NCBI RefSeq assembly: GCF_006345805.1
Contig: NW_021826848.1
Location: 1-11,749 of the forward strand
Length of the DNA stretch: 11,749 bases
Direction: 5' to 3'
Source: Octopus sinensis
Taxonomy: Eukaryota
In this document: positions 7,843 through 11,749 of the stretch, piece after piece
Layout: each line of letters opens with the position of its first letter
How positions within the stretch are numbered: the first letter of the stretch is position 1
Translations under genes and position numbers: made by a program
The notes under the pieces: generated by a model
What the model was told of the DNA's origin: nothing
The model's database searches: none
Seen by the model: only the letters and a program-made list of their open reading frames with translations

Positions 7843-8046
7843 TTGTGTGCGTGTGTGTGTATGTTTCGTTTTTCTATATGTGTATATGTGTTTCATATAT
7901 GTATATATAAATATATATATATACATATATATATATATATGCATATATACATATATATATATATATATATGCATATATATATATATATATATATGCATAT
8001 ATATATATATATGCATATTTATATATATGCGCATTCATATATGTGT
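7798..8046. repeat. (TA)n/(TG)n microsatellite with recurring GCA interruptions
   Basis: Visible tandem repeats. They explain the IY/CV-rich ORFs. Confidence 0.97.
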
Positions 8047-8439
8047 GGGGGTGTCTGTGAGTGCATGTGACTTTGCATTTCCCTATTTTTATTTATCACT
8101 ATTCTTTCTACAAAGAGGGACCTAGTTTCCAACAAGCAAAAACTCATTGCAGTTGGGACGACAACTACAATAAGTGTTATATATATATATATATATATAT
8201 ATGGAACTTTAAGAAAGTTTTATATATTGTTACTGTTTCACTTACAGATTATATCTGTAATGTACGTGTTCGCTGGTCTCTTTCTTTGCTTGAAAATCCT
8301 TATCCACATTATGGCTTAGGCATTTTTTGGTATAAATAGGTATTTATAATCAGGTAAAAGGAGCTTGTTTCGAAGTAGTTTCCCATAAATATTGTCTGTC
8401 TCATTGATTTTGAAACATGGCCATCGCAAACTGAATGAA

Positions 8440-9690
8440 AAGCAGTCACGAATATGAATCTGACCAGGTTAAACGAAAATATATATGAAGCAAACACTAC
8501 AAAATGGCTACACGTTCATATTTTTTCCTCTAGAAACATCGAATCCGAACAAATATGCAGAAAACGGGAGAAAATAAGAGAAAATTTCTCCCAAACGTTT
8601 TGTGAAATGAATAAGGATATGATACAATCGAAAAAGATAAGCTGAAATATGTCATGACACCCAAAAAAGAAAAGTGGGGGTTTCCGAAATCAAAGAACGC
8701 CTGAAGCAGAAGATTGTGACTAAACCCCAAATAGCGTTGGTATATCAATAGTAACTATTCTTTAAAAAAAACAAAAAAAACTATCAATTAAACTCCAGTC
8801 TAAAAGGATTTTATGAAGTCGTTAGTATAAAATCACTGTAACACCAACAGCAAGACATGTAGAAAATTATAGGAGCGGAGTACGTTCTGCCAAAGAATCG
8901 CTTCAAAAGAGATTATTCAAATCAGCGGACAGCGAATATTAGCGTGAAACCATGAAGAGAAGTAACCGAGAGGCTTGAAAGAAAAAAAATTAAAAACCTG
9001 TGGATTCCAAGGTATAAGATTACAAACCTCTGATTAAAATATTAAAGTCATAAAAATTGTTAACAATAACTGACAGGATCAGAAAAAGGGAAACCATCTT
9101 AAAACCCAAAATTAAAGGGGAACACTCATGACATGTCTTCCAACAATCTACAAAACCTTCATAGAACACATTTTGCAGAGGGTCAAAAAATGCCCTAAAA
9201 ATTGTTTTCCATAAGAGCATAAAAGATAGAAGGGAGACTCTTCTATGGCTGCAGCATCTTATGGTTGATCCGCAAGAATACAAGCAAGTAGGTGTGAACA
9301 TGGTATGGCTTGCCTACCAGAAAGAGCCAGACAGCTTTTGCTACACGTGGATCTTGAAATCGTTAGAATTAAGGTAGATGAGGACAAAAATAAAGTGAGA
9401 CATTCAAGTCATGTCGTCATGAATAAATTGTAAACGGTTTTGTAAGCACAGAGAAAAGCAGAAACTCTAACAGATAGCTCCATCTCGGTTAGAAGACGAT
9501 TGTTGCAAGAGATCCTCCTCGCGCGCGCTCTCTCGCCTCGTTCACTCTCATTCTCGTTTTCTCGCGCGCTCTCAGCTACTTTCGCGTCTGGCACTAACAC
9601 CTCCAGTCAACATGTTAAACTGAATCAGAAGCGAACATAAGTGCCTTGGTTGGATACTCATCCCATTTTATACATGGACTAACTCAACTC
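8440..9690 (+). pseudogene. Heavily decayed R4/Dong-clade non-LTR retrotransposon ORF (N-terminal region and reverse transcriptase domain)
   Basis: Collinear RT motifs with stops and frameshifts: RETILKPK (~9087; cf. GRTxLIPK), TCLPTIYK (9131-9154), EHK..YGC..QHLMVD, NMVWLAYQKEPDSFCYTWILKSLEL (9297-9371; cf. MAWIDYKKAFDSVPHSWILKSL), ISVRRRLLQ (9482; cf. RGIFQGDSL), LLSRLALTPPVNMLN (9576-9620; cf. LLFCLALNPLSxLLN) and SH-LYMD*L (9661-9685; cf. HLLYMDDLK). The 5' boundary is uncertain and rests on NLTRLNENIYEA at ~8457. Confidence 0.8.
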
Positions 9691-9704
9691 ACACACACAC
9701 ACCA

Positions 9705-9858
9705 GTCCTTCAATTCTTAAAGCGTCAAGGTGGAATGCTTCGCGGGTAAAGAAAAATTGAAACACAATCATAAGGTCTCATCGTTATTGCGGGACCCATT
9801 ATCAACGCATAATTTCTTGTCTGTATCGCTTAAATAATTGTAGCAATCACTGCACTCA

Positions 9859-9896
<38 letters not shown>

Positions 9897-9938
9897 TCCT
9901 TCAATTCTTAAAGCGTCAAGGTGGAATGCTTCGCGGGT
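9705..9938 (+). repeat. Exact 43-bp direct repeat (9705-9747 and 9896-9938), each copy preceded by (CA)n
   Basis: gtccttcaattcttaaagcgtcaaggtggaatgcttcgcgggt occurs twice, 191 bp apart. Confidence 0.95.
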
Positions 9939-10512
9939 TTCCTTCTTTTGATTTGCTGAGGTGAAAAATTAAATCGGTTGCCTGCTCTAACAACACACCT
10001 TGGCCCTTGGCTGACTTTAGGGAAGTTCGCGTTGATGCAAACATTCAGGCCAAATTTCCTATTTTGGGGGTAGTGTCCCATTTTGTTCACAAAAGCCTTG
10101 GAAACCCCTCGAAAAAATTATCATGCGCAATCTCTATCCCCACCTCATAACACGGTGGTAACATTCTGAGGACCTATTTCTGCATTGGCTATAACCAGCA
10201 ATGAAGTAGACCGCAGTTAATGACTGGTGTTTTAGTTTAGCAATCCTGGAAGGATAAGAGTGACGTCACGCTTATTGAATACTGAACTCAAAACGGTAAA
10301 GGATTCTAACTAAATACCACAAGGCATTTTCATTTACCATCTAACGCCCCTCCCTGTCAAAGCACAATTTCGCTATTATTTATACTACAAACACCACCAA
10401 CACTAATAATAAAATAGAAACTGCTAGACAACCGAAGTTGCGGGATACAACTTGATATCAAATAATCCGATAGTGGCAGAAAAACAACGAGTTGCTGGGT
10501 GAAGTCAAACAT

Positions 10513-10524
10513 ATAATAATAATG

Positions 10525-10563
<39 letters not shown>
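10513..10563. repeat. (AAT)n microsatellite
   Basis: Visible tandem repeats. Confidence 0.97.
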
Positions 10564-11319
10564 TTAAACGTTTGTAAAACGATTTAGCTCGGTGAATAGT
10601 TGAATGAATTTTCAAGTGGGTGAGTAATTTAATAAATGTTTATTTGAGAGAGAATGAAATTAATAGACAAATTATGATTTAAACCAGCAACACGCATGCA
10701 CACACACCAGTATATATGTGTATGTGTCTGTGTGGTGTGTGTGTGTGTGGGGGGGAAGGCTTTCCCTTAGGCATGTTTCCTTAAATACACGACTAGGTTC
10801 AAGTTCTTTATTTTACATTTTTCATATTTTCTTAATGGCGTTTTACTGCCAATTTGGAACAAAAGTAGATTTCCTAAATCCATATCCGAAGTTTCTAGAA
10901 CTTCGCAGTCTCATTTTAAAGAATTTATGCTTAAATATATATGACGTTGGCGTTGATGCCTATATATTCACTGAATTCGTGTACATATACATACGTGTGG
11001 GCGCGCGATCGTGTGTGTGTATATGTGTATGTATGTGTGTGTGTGTGTGTGGACCTGCGTTTATTTTAATTGATTCATCCATGGTAAATTCAACAACAAA
11101 CTAATTTATTTATTCAACATGTACTAATGACATTGTAAAGTTTATTTATTCTTCTTTATGTCAAGTTATTTATGACACACGCAAACTCACAGGTAGGCGC
11201 TCACATCTACAACCCTGTGTGTATTATATATTTATGTCTCTCTCCTCTCTTTCTGTCAGTTTGGGTAGGGTTGCAGGTGTATACATAAGGAACAGCTGAT
11301 TTCAAATAAAGTATGCTTC

Positions 11320-11517
11320 TGTATGTTTATGTGTATGACTGTATGTACATACATTATATATATAAAACATATACATATATACATATATATAGATACATAT
11401 ATACATATTTATATATACATACATATATGAATAAATATATATGAACACATATATATATAAATAAATATATAATACATACATATACAGATATGATATATAT
11501 ATATAGTATATATATAG

Positions 11518-11548
<31 letters not shown>

Positions 11549-11687
11549 ATATAGATGTATATATGTGCATAAATCAGTATACATATATGTATGAATATAT
11601 ATATATGTATCACATATGAATGTATGCTAATATTATATACGTACATACACACATATATATATATATATATATACATACACACCACAC

Positions 11688-11723
<36 letters not shown>

Positions 11724-11732
11724 CGTACATAT
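11320..11732. repeat. Long degenerate (TA)n/(CA)n low-complexity tract
   Basis: Visible tandem repeats. They explain ORF 11302..11730. Confidence 0.97.
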
Positions 11733-11749
11733 AAGTACAATCACACCCA

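Noticed and set aside
8115-8180. PSFQQ/QKLIAVGT resembling the Dong C-terminal QK...GTAHIL motif
   Set aside because: It is short, needs a frameshift and lacks the diagnostic residues.
9705-9938. CRISPR-like repeat-spacer or LTR pair
   Set aside because: There are only two copies with a 148-bp spacer in a eukaryotic context, no cas genes, and no TG..CA termini or PBS/PPT.
10260-10269. Palindromic CRE site GTGACGTCAC (TGACGTCA also at 2041)
   Set aside because: These are isolated short motifs, one of them inside a SINE, with no promoter context.
436-11730. ORF-track proteins rich in VC, HT, IY, poly-I/L/Y/T or KER
   Set aside because: These are translations of microsatellites, with no domain or splice evidence.

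Overview
Eukaryotic, AT-rich, repeat-saturated non-coding DNA (intronic or intergenic). It is most likely from an octopus or related coleoid cephalopod; this is inferred from the dense TA/CA/AAT/ACT microsatellites and from tRNA-derived SINEs that resemble octopus families as I recall them, with no database check. I find no intact host gene: almost all listed ORFs are microsatellite translations or transposon debris. Supported content: (1) several tRNA-derived SINE copies and fragments; (2) a nested stack at 1261-2287, where a SINE is followed by a decayed Tc1/mariner element that carries an inserted 286-bp MITE (8-bp TSD) and a second SINE; (3) R4/Dong-type non-LTR retrotransposon relics, namely a 3' endonuclease end abutting an (AAT)n array at 4121-4445 and a heavily decayed RT region at about 8440-9690; (4) a near-perfect 362-bp foldback inverted repeat at 5510-5871; (5) a spacerless 66-bp palindrome at 755-820; (6) an exact 43-bp local duplication. 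I see no convincing new biological system. The most interesting items are the foldback element, the nested insertions and the microsatellite-targeting LINE relics.
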